Positions 8,880 to 19,104 of a stretch of DNA of 64,000 nt are shown here, piece after piece. Numbering within the stretch: position 1 is the first letter of the stretch; each line of letters begins with the position of its first letter. Source of the stretch: Chthoniobacterales bacterium (lineage in GTDB: Bacteria > Verrucomicrobiota > Verrucomicrobiia > Chthoniobacterales > Chthoniobacteraceae). The position numbers were made by a program, and so were the translations under genes. The stretch lies in NCBI GenBank assembly GCA_038207335.1, contig JBBQZX010000006.1, positions 139,984 through 203,983 of the forward strand, read 5' to 3'. Under the pieces are notes generated by a model. That model ran no database searches and had not been told where the DNA came from. It was given only the letters and a program-made list of their open reading frames with translations.

Positions 8880-9500
8880 TCACTTCGCCGCGCGGAAGAT
8901 TGCGAAGTAGGCGTCCTTTCCGCCGCCGGGGAATGCAGGCTGGAGGGGCTTAAATGCGGGGACGGGATAGGTGATTTCCGGTGCGTCGGGGATGGATTTG
9001 TCGCTCACGGTATTCTTGTCCTTTGCACTGCCGGCGATGACCACGGTGCCGCCGCGCGAAGCGACGCAACCGATGGAAGCGCCGGGGAAGTAGCCCGCTT
9101 GCGTCATTTTAAACTCGGGATCGAAGACGGCGAGGAAGCCGCCGCCTTTGTAGCCGCCCTCGGGCGCTTCATACCACGGCTCTTTGCTGCGGAAGCCGGA
9201 GGCGCTGTCGCCGACGACGAACTGCCGCGCGCCTTCGCCGGTTGCGTTGCGGATGCTCAGGCCATTGGCGCGCTGCGGGGTGAGCCAGGCAGGCATGAAG
9301 GTGCCTTTCTCGAGCTTGCCGCTCGTGCCATCGGCCCGGAGGATGAGAAAGAGCTTTTCCCCCGTCCCCCCGTCCCCCGCGGCGCACGCGACGCCGGAGC
9401 GCCCAGAGCTGTTTGCCCGCGCGGTCGAAGCCGTAGGCATACGGGTCGTTTCACGGCTCGCGGACGGTCTTCGTCATGCCGTAGCCGGTCACGACGGCGA
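8880..9500 (-). pseudogene. Decayed 3' part of a beta-propeller-like exported protein gene
   Basis: The C-terminus is protein-like (…GTFMPAWL…GGGFLAVFDPEFK…GGGKDAYFAIF). An upstream segment in another frame reads VAVVTGYGMTKTVREP*NDPYAYGFDRAGKQLWAL with an internal TGA at 9451-9453. Confidence 0.6.
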
Positions 9501-9599
9501 CGTGAGGATGCCCTCCCAGTCCCCGAAATAGTAGAGGCTGAGTTCCGTCTGATCGTCCCAAAGCCTGCTCCGAAGCGGATCGCCGCGCTGGAGCATGGC

Positions 9600-10145
9600 A
9601 AAGTTCGCCTGCCCCGGGCCGTTTACCGCGTAGCCGTGCGCTTCTCCGGCAGCGAGCTCCGGCTGCGGCAGCTGCAGATGGAAGCCGGCTTTAAGATCAA
9701 GCCAGATGGCGTATTAGCGAAGCGCGCTTTCCCAAAAAGCGATCTCCGCCCGCGTTTTCGCGGCTTTCTCCGGCGGCATCGCCGTCGCGTGATCGACCGC
9801 TTTCTGCCACAGAATTTTTTCCGTCGCGCGCGCTCAGACAGATGAGCCAATTCGGATCGGCCATCGTGAAGACTTTGTCCCCGACGACGATCGGCTGCGA
9901 AAACTCGGCCCCGCCATCGGCACCTTCCAGACGATGTTCTTGCCAGTCTCGCCATTGAACGCCGCCACGGGCGTCGCGCCTGGCCACGCGCCGGTGCCAT
10001 CGCCCCGCCAGCCCACGGGCCGCTCCGCGCTTGGGTAGAATTCGCGATGCCCGAGCGGGATCGGCGCCTGTCCCCCAGCAGCGTCCGGGGAGAGAAACGC
10101 GCGCAACGTCAGCGCCTCGCAAAGGACCCAGTTGGAAAACGTCAT
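9600..10145 (-). pseudogene. Frameshifted N-terminal fragment of a PQQ-like/BamB-type beta-propeller gene
   Basis: Reconstruction gives GWRGDGTGAWPGATP…KNIVWKVPMAGPSF/SQPIVVGDKVFTMADPNWLICLSARDGK/ILWQKAVDH…ESALR*. It needs a missing base in the run near 9900 and an extra base in the run near 9815-9820, and has an in-frame TAA at 9714-9716. Confidence 0.75.
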
Positions 10146-10397
10146 GCGTTATTTCTCTAAAAGGTAAAACTTCACTTCGCGACAGCTATCGAGATGGGCG
10201 CCCTCCGAGCCAACCCCGCCGGATGGAAACTCCGCCCGCGAATTCTTTTGACGCTCAGGCGGCTGCCTCCCTATTTGTATCCACTTTTCCGCGGACAAAC
10301 GGACCGATTTTGCAGGGAATATCAAGCCTCCCAGCGACACGCCGCCGCACACGAAGCGCAGCTCACAAAACGACTTACAAGCAAAGGTTTACACTGA

Positions 10398-11444
10398 ATG
10401 TTTAACGGACTTTCCGGTCTGTTCTCGAACGATATCGGCATCGATTTGGGCACGGCCAACACGCTGGTTTATGTCAAGGATCACGGCATCGTGCTTCGCG
10501 AACCCTCGGTCGTCGCGGTGCAGGCCGGCACGAGCCGCGTGCTCGCTGTCGGCGACGAGGCGAAGCGAATGCTCGGGCGCACACCCGGCAATATCGTCGC
10601 GATCCGTCCCCTCAAGGACGGCGTCATCGCCGATTTTGAAATCACGGAAGCGATGTTGCGGCATTTCATCCAAAAGGTACACGGCAAGCGGACGTTTTTT
10701 CGCCCACGGCCGCGGGTCGTCATCGCGGTGCCGTCAGGCATCACGGAGGTCGAAAAGCGTGCTGTCAAAGAGTCCGCGCAGCACGCGGGAGCGCGTGAAG
10801 TCCACCTGATTGAAGAGCCGATGGCGGCGGCAATCGGCTGCGGTCTGCCGGTGCAGGATGCGGCGGGGAATATGATCATCGACATCGGGGGCGGCACGAC
10901 GGAGGTCGCGCTGATTTCGCTCTCCGGCATCGTTTTCAGCCGCAGCGTGCGCGTGGCAGGCGATGAGCTAGACGAGGCGATCATCCAATACATGAAGCGC
11001 GCCTACAATCTGATGATCGGCGAGCGCACCGCGGAGGACATCAAGATCAAGATCGGCTCCGCGTATCCGATCGAGAAAGAGACGACGATGGAGGTCAAAG
11101 GCCGCGACCTCGTGGCGGGGCTTCCGAAGACGCTTACGATCACCTCGCAGGAAGTCCGCGAAGCGCTGCTCGAGCCGATTTCCACCATCGTCGATTCTGT
11201 CCGCGTGACGCTCGAGCGCTGCCCTCCGGAGCTCAGTGCCGACCTCGTGGATCGCGGGTTGGTGCTCGCCGGCGGCGGCGCACTTTTGCGCGGGCTCGAC
11301 CGCCTGCTCACCGAAGAAACCGGGCTCCCCGTCCACGTCGCCGAAGACCCGCTCAGCGCGGTCGCCGAGGGCACTGGACGCGCGTTGAGCGAAATCAAAT
11401 TCCTGCGTCAGGTCTCCACGAGCGACTCTCGCTGGAACACCTGA
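10398..11444 (+). CDS. mreB: Rod shape-determining protein MreB
   Basis: [41 protein letters not shown] and LAGGGALL. Confidence 0.98.
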   Translation: MFNGLSGLFSNDIGIDLGTANTLVYVKDHGIVLREPSVVAVQAGTSRVLAVGDEAKRMLGRTPGNIVAIRPLKDGVIADFEITEAMLRHFIQKVHGKRTFFRPRPRVVIAVPSGITEVEKRAVKESAQHAGAREVHLIEEPMAAAIGCGLPVQDAAGNMIIDIGGGTTEVALISLSGIVFSRSVRVAGDELDEAIIQYMKRAYNLMIGERTAEDIKIKIGSAYPIEKETTMEVKGRDLVAGLPKTLTITSQEVREALLEPISTIVDSVRVTLERCPPELSADLVDRGLVLAGGGALLRGLDRLLTEETGLPVHVAEDPLSAVAEGTGRALSEIKFLRQVSTSDSRWNT

Positions 11445-11550
11445 TCATCCTCGGAATGAGCCACCTCCGCCCCGTGCGGCCCGGCGTGGAATGCCCGCCA
11501 GCGCTTGATTGCGCGACGGTATGTGATATTTCGACGCCTGATTTTTCGCG

Positions 11551-12366
11551 ATGAAACAACGCGGGAACATCATCGCGCTCGCGGTTTTTCTCCTCGCGGT
11601 CATCCTGCTTTTTGCGGCGGTGAGCCCGCGGACGATGCAGCGGATTCAGACCGGGTTTCTGGGAATGATCGCTCCATTTTTGAAACGTGGATCGAACATC
11701 GAGCGGCAATACACGGCATTCCGCGAGGGGCTGAAAACGCTCAATCAACTCGAGGAGGACAACAAGCGGCTCTCGGTTGCAAACAAGGAATTGAGCGCGA
11801 CGAACCAGACGCTTCGCGGGCTTGAGGCTGAAAATAACAGCCTCCGGAACGCGCTCGGATATCGGGAGCGTGCGGTGTTTCAGCTCATGCCATCGCGGAT
11901 CATCGCACGCGACGCGTCGAGCTGGTATAACACGATCAAGATCGACCGTGGCACAGAGGAACTCATCGAGGAAGAGCAGCCGGTGCTGACCGAGGAGGGG
12001 CTGGTGGGCAGGACGACGAAGGATGTCTCCGCCCACGCGGCGACTGTGATTTTGATCTCGGATGAAAACTGCCGGGTCGCCGCCACGGTCGAGGGAACGC
12101 GAGAGCAGGGGATCATCCGCGGGGAGCGGACATCGCAGACGGCGATGCCGGTGATCAGCCTGAATTTTTTGTCGAAGCAGGCGAACCTCAAGCCGGGTCA
12201 GAAAATCTACACGTCTGGCATCGGCGGCGTTTTTCCGGCGGGCGTGCTCATCGGCGCGGTGAAAGATTTCAAAGTCCGCGAACTCGACGGTTACGCCACG
12301 GTGGTTCCGGCGGTCGATCTTTCGACGATTCAGGATGTGTTTGTCGTGGTGGGAAAAACGAAATGA
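11551..12366 (+). CDS. mreC: Rod shape-determining protein MreC
   Basis: N-terminal TM helix, coiled coil (LEAENNSLRNALG), GLVGR and TSGIGGVFPAG; lies directly after mreB. Confidence 0.95.
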   Translation: MKQRGNIIALAVFLLAVILLFAAVSPRTMQRIQTGFLGMIAPFLKRGSNIERQYTAFREGLKTLNQLEEDNKRLSVANKELSATNQTLRGLEAENNSLRNALGYRERAVFQLMPSRIIARDASSWYNTIKIDRGTEELIEEEQPVLTEEGLVGRTTKDVSAHAATVILISDENCRVAATVEGTREQGIIRGERTSQTAMPVISLNFLSKQANLKPGQKIYTSGIGGVFPAGVLIGAVKDFKVRELDGYATVVPAVDLSTIQDVFVVVGKTK

Positions 12367-12423
12367 GCTTGACAATTTTTCCTAAATTTAACGGCGCGCA
12401 CAGTAAAGGAGACGTCGGGCGAG

Positions 12424-12482
12424 CGTCGAACGTCGAACATCGAACGAACGAAATGTCGGCTGTGTCTTTAGTTCGGCGTTCA
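12424..12482. repeat. Heptamer tandem repeat (CGTCGAA CGTCGAA CATCGAA) with an inverted partner GTTCGGCGTTC
   Basis: Read directly in the mreC-mreD spacer. GAACGTCGAAC pairs with GTTCGGCGTTC (12471-12481) over 11 bp with one G-U. Confidence 0.65.
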
Positions 12483-12541
12483 TTGTTTTTCGCGCGGAAG
12501 GGCGCTCCGAGCGCGGCCGCAATCCACCAATTTTCCTCGCG

Positions 12542-13087
12542 ATGATCTTCTTCCTCATCCTTCTCGCGGGCATGTTTTTTTCACTCGTCGTCCAACATTT
12601 CATCGGCCCCATCCCACCGTCGGGCGCGCGCGTGATGCTCATGCCGCTCGTCATGTTTTTCGGCGCGCTCGCGCTGCCGTTGTGGGGGATGCTCGGACTC
12701 GCATTTGCCGGTGGGCTCATGTGGGACGCGCTTTGCACGCAGGTTAACGGCGGCGAGCCCGAGATCGCGTTGGGCTGGTCGATCCTGCTCTATGCAACAC
12801 TCGGTGCGCTCGTGAGTGGATTCCGTCCGCTATTTTTGCGTGGAAGGTGGGAGATTTACTGCCTGCTCAGTGGCGTCTGCACGTCGGCCATCGTGTTCGC
12901 GGAATTCATCGTCATCTGCATCCGCCGGCAGCCCGTGACGTTCCCCTTCAACCACGAGATCTGGTGGCGCATCGGAGGAGCTGGCCTCCTCGCCGCACTG
13001 ATTTCGCCGTTCTTTTTCTTCCTTCTGAATTACATCGCCGCGTGGGTCGGATATGACCCGCAGCCGGAGCGCGGAGGGAGGGCGTGA
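12542..13087 (+). CDS. mreD: MreD-like integral membrane protein
   Basis: Fully hydrophobic 181 aa with AFAGGLMWDAL, located between mreC and the PBP2 gene. Confidence 0.75.
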   Translation: MIFFLILLAGMFFSLVVQHFIGPIPPSGARVMLMPLVMFFGALALPLWGMLGLAFAGGLMWDALCTQVNGGEPEIALGWSILLYATLGALVSGFRPLFLRGRWEIYCLLSGVCTSAIVFAEFIVICIRRQPVTFPFNHEIWWRIGGAGLLAALISPFFFFLLNYIAAWVGYDPQPERGGRA

Positions 13088-13088
13088 C

Positions 13089-15389
13089 ATGCCGAAAATG
13101 ATCCGTCTCCCAAGACGTGGAGCGCGTGCCGAGTGGCGCATCTTTTTCATCGGAGTCGTCATTGCGTGCGGCTTCGCGGCGCTCATCGGGCGGCTGTGGT
13201 GGGAGCAAGTCGCGCGGGGGACTTACTGGACCAAAAAAATCGCGGGCCGCTCCGAGGTCACCGTGCGCATCCCCTCCGTGCGCGGTGAAATCCGCGATCG
13301 CAACGGCATCACGCTCGTCGGCAATCGCGCGAGCTACGAGGTCGATTTTTACCTGCCCGACATGGTGCGCGGCTACAGGCGGCAGAACGGCGCGGTGCCG
13401 ACGACCAAATACAAACGGCGCGTGAGCCAGATGCTCACGGAGCAAACGGAGGCGGACATTGTGCAGATTGTCAACAAGAGCATCGTCCCGCGCCTGCAGG
13501 AGCTCGATCTCGCGAAAGACTACAGCTCCGAACGGCTGCAGAAGCATTACCGCAACGACTTCGAGGTGCCGTTCACCTATTTGGAAGAACTCGACTTCCC
13601 GACCATCGCGAAATTTTCCGAGCACGATGTCGGCCTGCCAGGGGTCGAGATCGCGCTGCGCCCTGTGCGCCAATACATCTACGGCGCCCTCGGCGCCCAC
13701 TTGCTCGGATACGTCGGTGCGCCTGTCGATATCGACAAGTTGCCGGACATCGCTGACTACACATTTTACCAGCCCGACGTGGAGGGAAAATCGCAGGTCG
13801 AGCTTTACCTCGACAAATACATCCGCGGAAAGCCCGGCGTCCGCGTGATGGAGCGCAATGTCAAAGGAGTGATCGAGCGCGAGGCGACCGAGCGCCGGCG
13901 CGAGCCGCAGCAGGGCAATAACGTCTATCTCACAATCGACGCGCGCATCGAATACATCGCGGAGCGCGCGCTCCGCGACGCTCATATCGGACGCGGCGCG
14001 GCGGTCGTTGCGGACCCGCGCACCGGCGAAATCCTCGCGATGGTTTCGGTGCCTTCGTATGATCCGAATTCGTTCATCCCAAGCATCACGAAGGCTGATT
14101 GGGAAAAGCTCAACGACGACGAAACCGACCCGCTGACGAACCGCGCGATTCAGGGATACGCCCCCGGCTCGACTTTCAAGACCGTGACCGCGCTTGCCGG
14201 TTTCAAAAAAGGCCTCACGGCGAAAACGACTTTCAACTGCTCCGGCGGCGTGCAGTACGGCGGCAAATACATGAAGTGCTGGATCGCAGACAAAGGCGGC
14301 TCTCACGGCCCGCTCACGGTTCCTGACGCGCTGAAATATTCGTGCAACGCGTTTTTTTATCAGTGGGGAAATGCGGCGAAAATCGAGAACATCGACGCGG
14401 TCGGTGAGGCGCTCGGCATCGGAAAAAAGACCGGCATCCCGCTCTCGGGCGAGTCGCCGGGGATCATGCCGGGACCGGAATGGCTAAAACAAATCAGCCC
14501 CATCGAGCACTGGAGCGACGGTTACACCGCGAATGTTTCCATCGGCCAAGGCTCCGTCGAAGCCTCGCCGCTGCAGATGGCGATGGTCGTCTCGGCGATC
14601 GCGAATCGCGGCACGTCTTTTCACCCAAAGCTCATCCATCGCGTGCTTGATCAGCAAAACAAAGACGTGCTCGACGAAGACAAGCACCTCGTCGCGCCGC
14701 ACGAGCCGCAGGTGCGCGCCGACCTGCACAGCATGGGAATCACCAATGAGCAGATCGAAACGATCCGCCGCGGCATGTGGAAAGTCGTGAACGAACCCGG
14801 CGGCACCGGCAAAAAAGGGCAGGTGAAAAACGTGCAAGTCGCGGGCAAGACCGGCACGGCGCAATTTTGGCGCGAGACGAAAGACGCGCGCGGCGTGCAG
14901 ACGAAGATCAAGGACAACCACACGTGGTTCATCTGCTTCGCGCCATATGAGGATCCGAAATACGCGATCTGCGTATTTGTCCAAGGCGCGAAATCCGGCG
15001 GCGGCGTCTCCGCGCCGATCGCGCAGCGGATTCTTGAGGAAAGTCTCGCGCTGGAGAAAGGCTACGATCCCGGCCTGAAGCCGCTCGAACCCGCGGTCGG
15101 AAGCTTCTCGCAGATCGAGGCCGTCGATTACAAAAAAAGCGAGGTGCCCGCCGATGCCGTCGCCGATCCCGAGACCGCCGAGCATTCTGAAATGGCCGAG
15201 AGCCGCAAGAGCGAGAAACAAGTCCGCAGCACGCCGAATATCCGCTCCGCACCCGACCAGGGCGGGCGCGTGCCGCAGCGAGCCGAGCGCGCGCAGCCGC
15301 CGGTGGACAAGCGCGGCTTTTTCCAGCGATTCTTCGCGCCCAAGCCCCCAGCCTCCCGCCCGCAGCAGGGTCCTCCCAGAGGCCGTTAA
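13089..15389 (+). CDS. mrdA: Penicillin-binding protein 2 (class B transpeptidase)
   Basis: TM anchor, RGEIRDRNG, PGSTFK (SxxK), SCN (SxN) and AGKTGTAQ (KTG). ATG 13089 directly follows the mreD stop. Confidence 0.95.
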   Translation: MPKMIRLPRRGARAEWRIFFIGVVIACGFAALIGRLWWEQVARGTYWTKKIAGRSEVTVRIPSVRGEIRDRNGITLVGNRASYEVDFYLPDMVRGYRRQNGAVPTTKYKRRVSQMLTEQTEADIVQIVNKSIVPRLQELDLAKDYSSERLQKHYRNDFEVPFTYLEELDFPTIAKFSEHDVGLPGVEIALRPVRQYIYGALGAHLLGYVGAPVDIDKLPDIADYTFYQPDVEGKSQVELYLDKYIRGKPGVRVMERNVKGVIEREATERRREPQQGNNVYLTIDARIEYIAERALRDAHIGRGAAVVADPRTGEILAMVSVPSYDPNSFIPSITKADWEKLNDDETDPLTNRAIQGYAPGSTFKTVTALAGFKKGLTAKTTFNCSGGVQYGGKYMKCWIADKGGSHGPLTVPDALKYSCNAFFYQWGNAAKIENIDAVGEALGIGKKTGIPLSGESPGIMPGPEWLKQISPIEHWSDGYTANVSIGQGSVEASPLQMAMVVSAIANRGTSFHPKLIHRVLDQQNKDVLDEDKHLVAPHEPQVRADLHSMGITNEQIETIRRGMWKVVNEPGGTGKKGQVKNVQVAGKTGTAQFWRETKDARGVQTKIKDNHTWFICFAPYEDPKYAICVFVQGAKSGGGVSAPIAQRILEESLALEKGYDPGLKPLEPAVGSFSQIEAVDYKKSEVPADAVADPETAEHSEMAESRKSEKQVRSTPNIRSAPDQGGRVPQRAERAQPPVDKRGFFQRFFAPKPPASRPQQGPPRGR

Positions 15390-15439
15390 ATTCACCCACC
15401 CCCAAAGTGCTAAGCAAAGTTTACCCCAAAATCCTTTCC

Positions 15440-17017
15440 ATGACCGAACGTGTAAAACGACTTCTAGGTCTCGCTCCCAAGCAGACCGGCAACAAACTCA
15501 TCATCAACTCCGAGAAACTCGAGCGCCGCGTGGCGCTCATGGAGAACGGCGTGCTCGAGGAATACAGCATCGAGCGCCAGACCGACCGAAACATCGTCGG
15601 TAGCATTTTCAAAGGCCGCGTGAGGAACATCGAGCACGGCCTCAAGGCGATGTTCGTGGATATCGGCTTCGAGAAAAATGCGTTCCTCCATTTCTGGGAC
15701 GCACTCCCCGCCGCGCTCGACAGCGGCATCGAGGAGGTCGATCGCCCGGCGGGAAAAAAGGCCACCAAAGCGCGAATCACGGCCAAAGACATCCCGAACA
15801 TTTATCCGGTCGGCAGCGAAGTCCTCGTGCAGGTGACCAAAGGCCCGATCAGCACGAAAGGCCCTCGCATCACCACGAATCTGAGCCTCGCTGGACGGTA
15901 CCTCGTCCTCATGCCCTACAGCGACCAGAGCGGCATCTCGCGGAAAATCGATTCGCCGAAAGAGCGCGAGCGACTGCGCAATATTTTGAAGGAACTCGCG
16001 GTGCCTGAGGGCATGGGCCTCATCGTCCGGACCGTCGGCGAAGGGCAGCGCGAGCGGTATTTCATCCGAGACCTCGGCCTGCTCGTCGAGCAGTGGCGCG
16101 CGATTGAAGAGGCGATGAAAACGAAGCCGGCGCCGAGTTGCGTCTTCGAGGAGCCCGACCTCATCGAGCGCACGGTGCGCGATTTTCTCACCGACGAAAT
16201 CGACGAGGTCATCTGCGACGACGAGCACTCGGCGAAACGCATGATCGAGCTCGTGAGCCAGATTTCGAAACGCTCCGCCGTGCGCATCAAGCACTACACC
16301 GAGCCGCAGCCGATCTTCGAAAAGCATGGCGTGCAAAAGCAGATCGACGACGCGTTTCACCGCCAAGTCTGGCTCCCGTGCGGCGGCTACATTGTCATCG
16401 ATGAGACCGAGGCGCTCATCGCGATCGACGTGAACACCGGGCGCAACAAAGGCGGCAAGGACGTCGAGAAAACGATCCTGCAAACCAACCTCGAAGCCGC
16501 CGACGAAATGGCGCGCCAGATGCGGCTGCGAAATATCGGCGGACTCATCATCGGCGACTTCATCGACATGAAGCTGCGCAAAGACCAGCAGGCGGTTTAC
16601 ACGCGGATGAAGGACCGCCTGAAGCGTGACAAATCCAAGACGCATGTCCTGCCCATCTCGCCGCTCGGCCTCATGGAAATGACGCGGCAGCGCGCTGCGG
16701 AGAGCATCAGCGGAGCGGTCTATGACTCGTGTCCGTACTGCGGCGGACGCGGAAAGGTGAAAAGCGCGATGACGATGAGCGTCGAGCTCCAGCGCGCGCT
16801 GCACCTCGTCATGCGGAAATATCAGGACACCGTCCATGAGGTGAAAGTCGTCGTCCATCCGCACGTCCTCGAGCGCCTGCGCCGCGAGGACGAAGAGCTG
16901 CTCGTCGATATTGAGCGCAAGTACGCCGGGCGCCTCACCTTCCGTGCCGACCCGACTTTTCATCACGAGAAATTCACGATCCTCGACGCGAATACGAACA
17001 ACGAGCTGAAGCCGTAA
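15440..17017 (+). CDS. rng: Rne/Rng family ribonuclease (RNase G-sized, no long C-terminal scaffold)
   Basis: S1 domain (AMFVDIGFEKNAFLH), TEALIAIDVNTG, RLRNIGGLIIGDFIDM, GLMEMTRQR and CPYCGGRG. Confidence 0.9.
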   Translation: MTERVKRLLGLAPKQTGNKLIINSEKLERRVALMENGVLEEYSIERQTDRNIVGSIFKGRVRNIEHGLKAMFVDIGFEKNAFLHFWDALPAALDSGIEEVDRPAGKKATKARITAKDIPNIYPVGSEVLVQVTKGPISTKGPRITTNLSLAGRYLVLMPYSDQSGISRKIDSPKERERLRNILKELAVPEGMGLIVRTVGEGQRERYFIRDLGLLVEQWRAIEEAMKTKPAPSCVFEEPDLIERTVRDFLTDEIDEVICDDEHSAKRMIELVSQISKRSAVRIKHYTEPQPIFEKHGVQKQIDDAFHRQVWLPCGGYIVIDETEALIAIDVNTGRNKGGKDVEKTILQTNLEAADEMARQMRLRNIGGLIIGDFIDMKLRKDQQAVYTRMKDRLKRDKSKTHVLPISPLGLMEMTRQRAAESISGAVYDSCPYCGGRGKVKSAMTMSVELQRALHLVMRKYQDTVHEVKVVVHPHVLERLRREDEELLVDIERKYAGRLTFRADPTFHHEKFTILDANTNNELKP

Positions 17018-17028
17018 TCGCGCTGCCG

Positions 17029-17084
17029 CCGACACCAGATCGTCACATCCGCCCTCTTGCCGCATCCGGCGCGACCCCTAACCT
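17029..17084 (+). promoter_or_regulatory. Candidate promoter of the two-component pair, with a Pho-box-like direct repeat
   Basis: GACAC (17031) and GTCAC (17042) are 11 bp apart. TTGCCG (17057) and TAACCT (17079) are separated by 16 nt and lie upstream of ATG 17100. Confidence 0.35.
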
Positions 17085-17099
17085 CTCAGACGCGCGACC

Positions 17100-17804
17100 A
17101 TGACCAGCAAAGCCGCAAACAAAAAAATCCTCGTCGCCGATGACGAGGCCGACGTGCTCAATCTCGTCTCGAATAATCTTAAAGCCGCGGGCTTCAACGT
17201 TCTCCGCGCCGACGACGGGCCGTCTGCCCTCGAACAGGCACGGTCATCCGCCCCCGCGCTCATCGTCCTCGATTTGATGCTCCCCGGCATCTCCGGCCTT
17301 GAGGTCTGCAAAGCGCTGAAAAGCGATTCCGCGACGAAACACATTCCGATCATCATGCTCACCGCGAAGGCCGAGGAAATCGACCGCATCCTCGGACTCG
17401 AGCTCGGCGCCGACGACTACATCACGAAGCCTTTCAGCCCGCGCGAACTCGTGCTCCGCGTGAAGTCCGTCATCCGCCGAGCCAGCACGCCGAGCGAGCC
17501 GGAGGAGACGCTCCGGCTCGGCGACATCCAACTCGACCGCGCGCGTTACGAGGTGCTCGTGAAAAATAGACCCGTCGAATTCACCGCGACGGAATTCAAG
17601 CTCCTCGCGCTCCTGATCGAGCGCCGCGGTCGCGTGCAAAGCCGGGACACACTGCTCAATGACGTGTGGGGCTACGAGAGTGCAATCGACACGCGCACCG
17701 TCGATACCCACATCCGCCGAGTTCGCGAAAAACTCGGCAACGCCGCCGATTGCATCGAGACGATCCGCGGATTCGGATACCGCATCATCGAGCCGGGTCG
17801 CTGA
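17100..17804 (+). CDS. OmpR-family response regulator, PhoB/PhoP-like
   Basis: ILVADDE, LDLMLP, GADDYITKPFSPREL and winged helix VWGY…DTRTVDTHIRRVREKLG. Confidence 0.93.
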   Translation: MTSKAANKKILVADDEADVLNLVSNNLKAAGFNVLRADDGPSALEQARSSAPALIVLDLMLPGISGLEVCKALKSDSATKHIPIIMLTAKAEEIDRILGLELGADDYITKPFSPRELVLRVKSVIRRASTPSEPEETLRLGDIQLDRARYEVLVKNRPVEFTATEFKLLALLIERRGRVQSRDTLLNDVWGYESAIDTRTVDTHIRRVREKLGNAADCIETIRGFGYRIIEPGR

Positions 17805-17820
17805 TTATTTTCCCGCCGCG

Positions 17821-19104
17821 ATGGGCTGGTTTCTCGCGCTAGTTTTCGCCGTAATCCTCGCGGCAGTTTGGTGGCGGCAGCGGCGATTCGCGCGGCATTG
17901 GATGCAGCTTTCCGCGATCGTCGATGACCTCGCCGAGGGCCGCGAGCCCACGAACTTCGTCTTTTTGAATGGAGGCCCATTCAACAAAATCGCGACCTCG
18001 CTGGAACGGCTGACCGAATCGCGCGACCGGCTGTGGCGCAGGCGCAGCCGCGAGGAGATGAATCTTCAAACCATCCTCGCGAGCATGGAGGACGGCGTGA
18101 TGGTCGTCGATCGGCAGCACACGATCAGGCTCGTGAATCCGGCCGTGCTTCGCTTGTTCGGGCTCGATTTCGATCCACTCGGGCGCAGCGTTTTACAGAC
18201 TTTGCGCGAGACCGGTTTCGATGAAGTCGTCACGCGCGCGCTCGGGACGTGGGAGCCGCAGGCGCGTGAGATTTCCGCAGGCACGAGCAAGACGCCACGC
18301 CACATCTCGGTGAACGCAAGCCCGATGCGCAACGCCTCAGGCGAGGAGGGCGTCGTTACGATTTTCCGCGACGTGACACGCCTAAAGCAACTCGAGGAAA
18401 TGCGGCGCGAATTCGTGGCGAACGTCTCGCACGAGCTGCGCACGCCGCTCTCCATTTTCCACGGATACCTCGAAAATCTTCGCGACAATCCAAACCTTCC
18501 ACGCGAGGAACTCGTCGAGACAATCGGCGTGTTGGAAAAGCATTCGCTGCGGCTGAATGCGCTCGTCGAGGACCTGCTCATTCTCGCCCGCCTGGAATCG
18601 CGCGATGTGCGCTTGCAACTCGAGGAGATCGATGTGGACGCGTTTTTGCGTGAGATCGTCGGTGACTGGAAACTTCGCAGCGCGCGAAAAAACATTGGCA
18701 TTACGCTGGAGACCGCCGCCGAGATGCCACTGCTCGTCGCCGATGTGCTGAGGATCGAGCAAGTCGTGAGCAACCTCGTGGACAACGCGATCAAATACAC
18801 TCCGGCCAACGGCCGCGTCTGCGTGAAAACCGCGCGCGTTGGCGACGAACTCGAAGTGCGGATAGAGGACAACGGCGTCGGGATTTTGCCCGTGGATTTG
18901 CCGCACATTTTTGAGCGATTTTATCGCGCGGATAAGGCGCGCAGCCGCGAACAAGGCGGCACCGGGCTCGGACTCTCGATCGTGAAACACATCGTCCAGA
19001 CACACGGCGGCACCGTCCGAGCCGAGAGTGTGTTTGGAAAGGGTACGACGATCGTGCTCAGCCTCCCGCTTGCGGGTCCAAGCGCAGCCGCGCCTGATGA
19101 GTGA
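17821..19104 (+). CDS. Sensor histidine kinase with PAS domain, PhoR-like
   Basis: N-terminal TM, PAS (MEDGVMVVD…VNPA), REFVANVSHELRTPL, NLVDNAIKY, EDNGVGI and FERFYRADKARSREQGGTGLGL. Confidence 0.93.
   Translation: MGWFLALVFAVILAAVWWRQRRFARHWMQLSAIVDDLAEGREPTNFVFLNGGPFNKIATSLERLTESRDRLWRRRSREEMNLQTILASMEDGVMVVDRQHTIRLVNPAVLRLFGLDFDPLGRSVLQTLRETGFDEVVTRALGTWEPQAREISAGTSKTPRHISVNASPMRNASGEEGVVTIFRDVTRLKQLEEMRREFVANVSHELRTPLSIFHGYLENLRDNPNLPREELVETIGVLEKHSLRLNALVEDLLILARLESRDVRLQLEEIDVDAFLREIVGDWKLRSARKNIGITLETAAEMPLLVADVLRIEQVVSNLVDNAIKYTPANGRVCVKTARVGDELEVRIEDNGVGILPVDLPHIFERFYRADKARSREQGGTGLGLSIVKHIVQTHGGTVRAESVFGKGTTIVLSLPLAGPSAAAPDE

Noticed and set aside
12369..12400. TTGACA as an internal sigma70 promoter before mreD
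   Set aside because: There is no acceptable -10 hexamer at 16-18 nt spacing.
15464..17065. Long antisense or alternative-frame ORFs (e.g. 15464..17065 -, 2665..4014 +, 36795..38525 +, 60204..62165 -)
   Set aside because: These are shadows of well-supported genes, expected in high-GC DNA, and carry no independent motifs.
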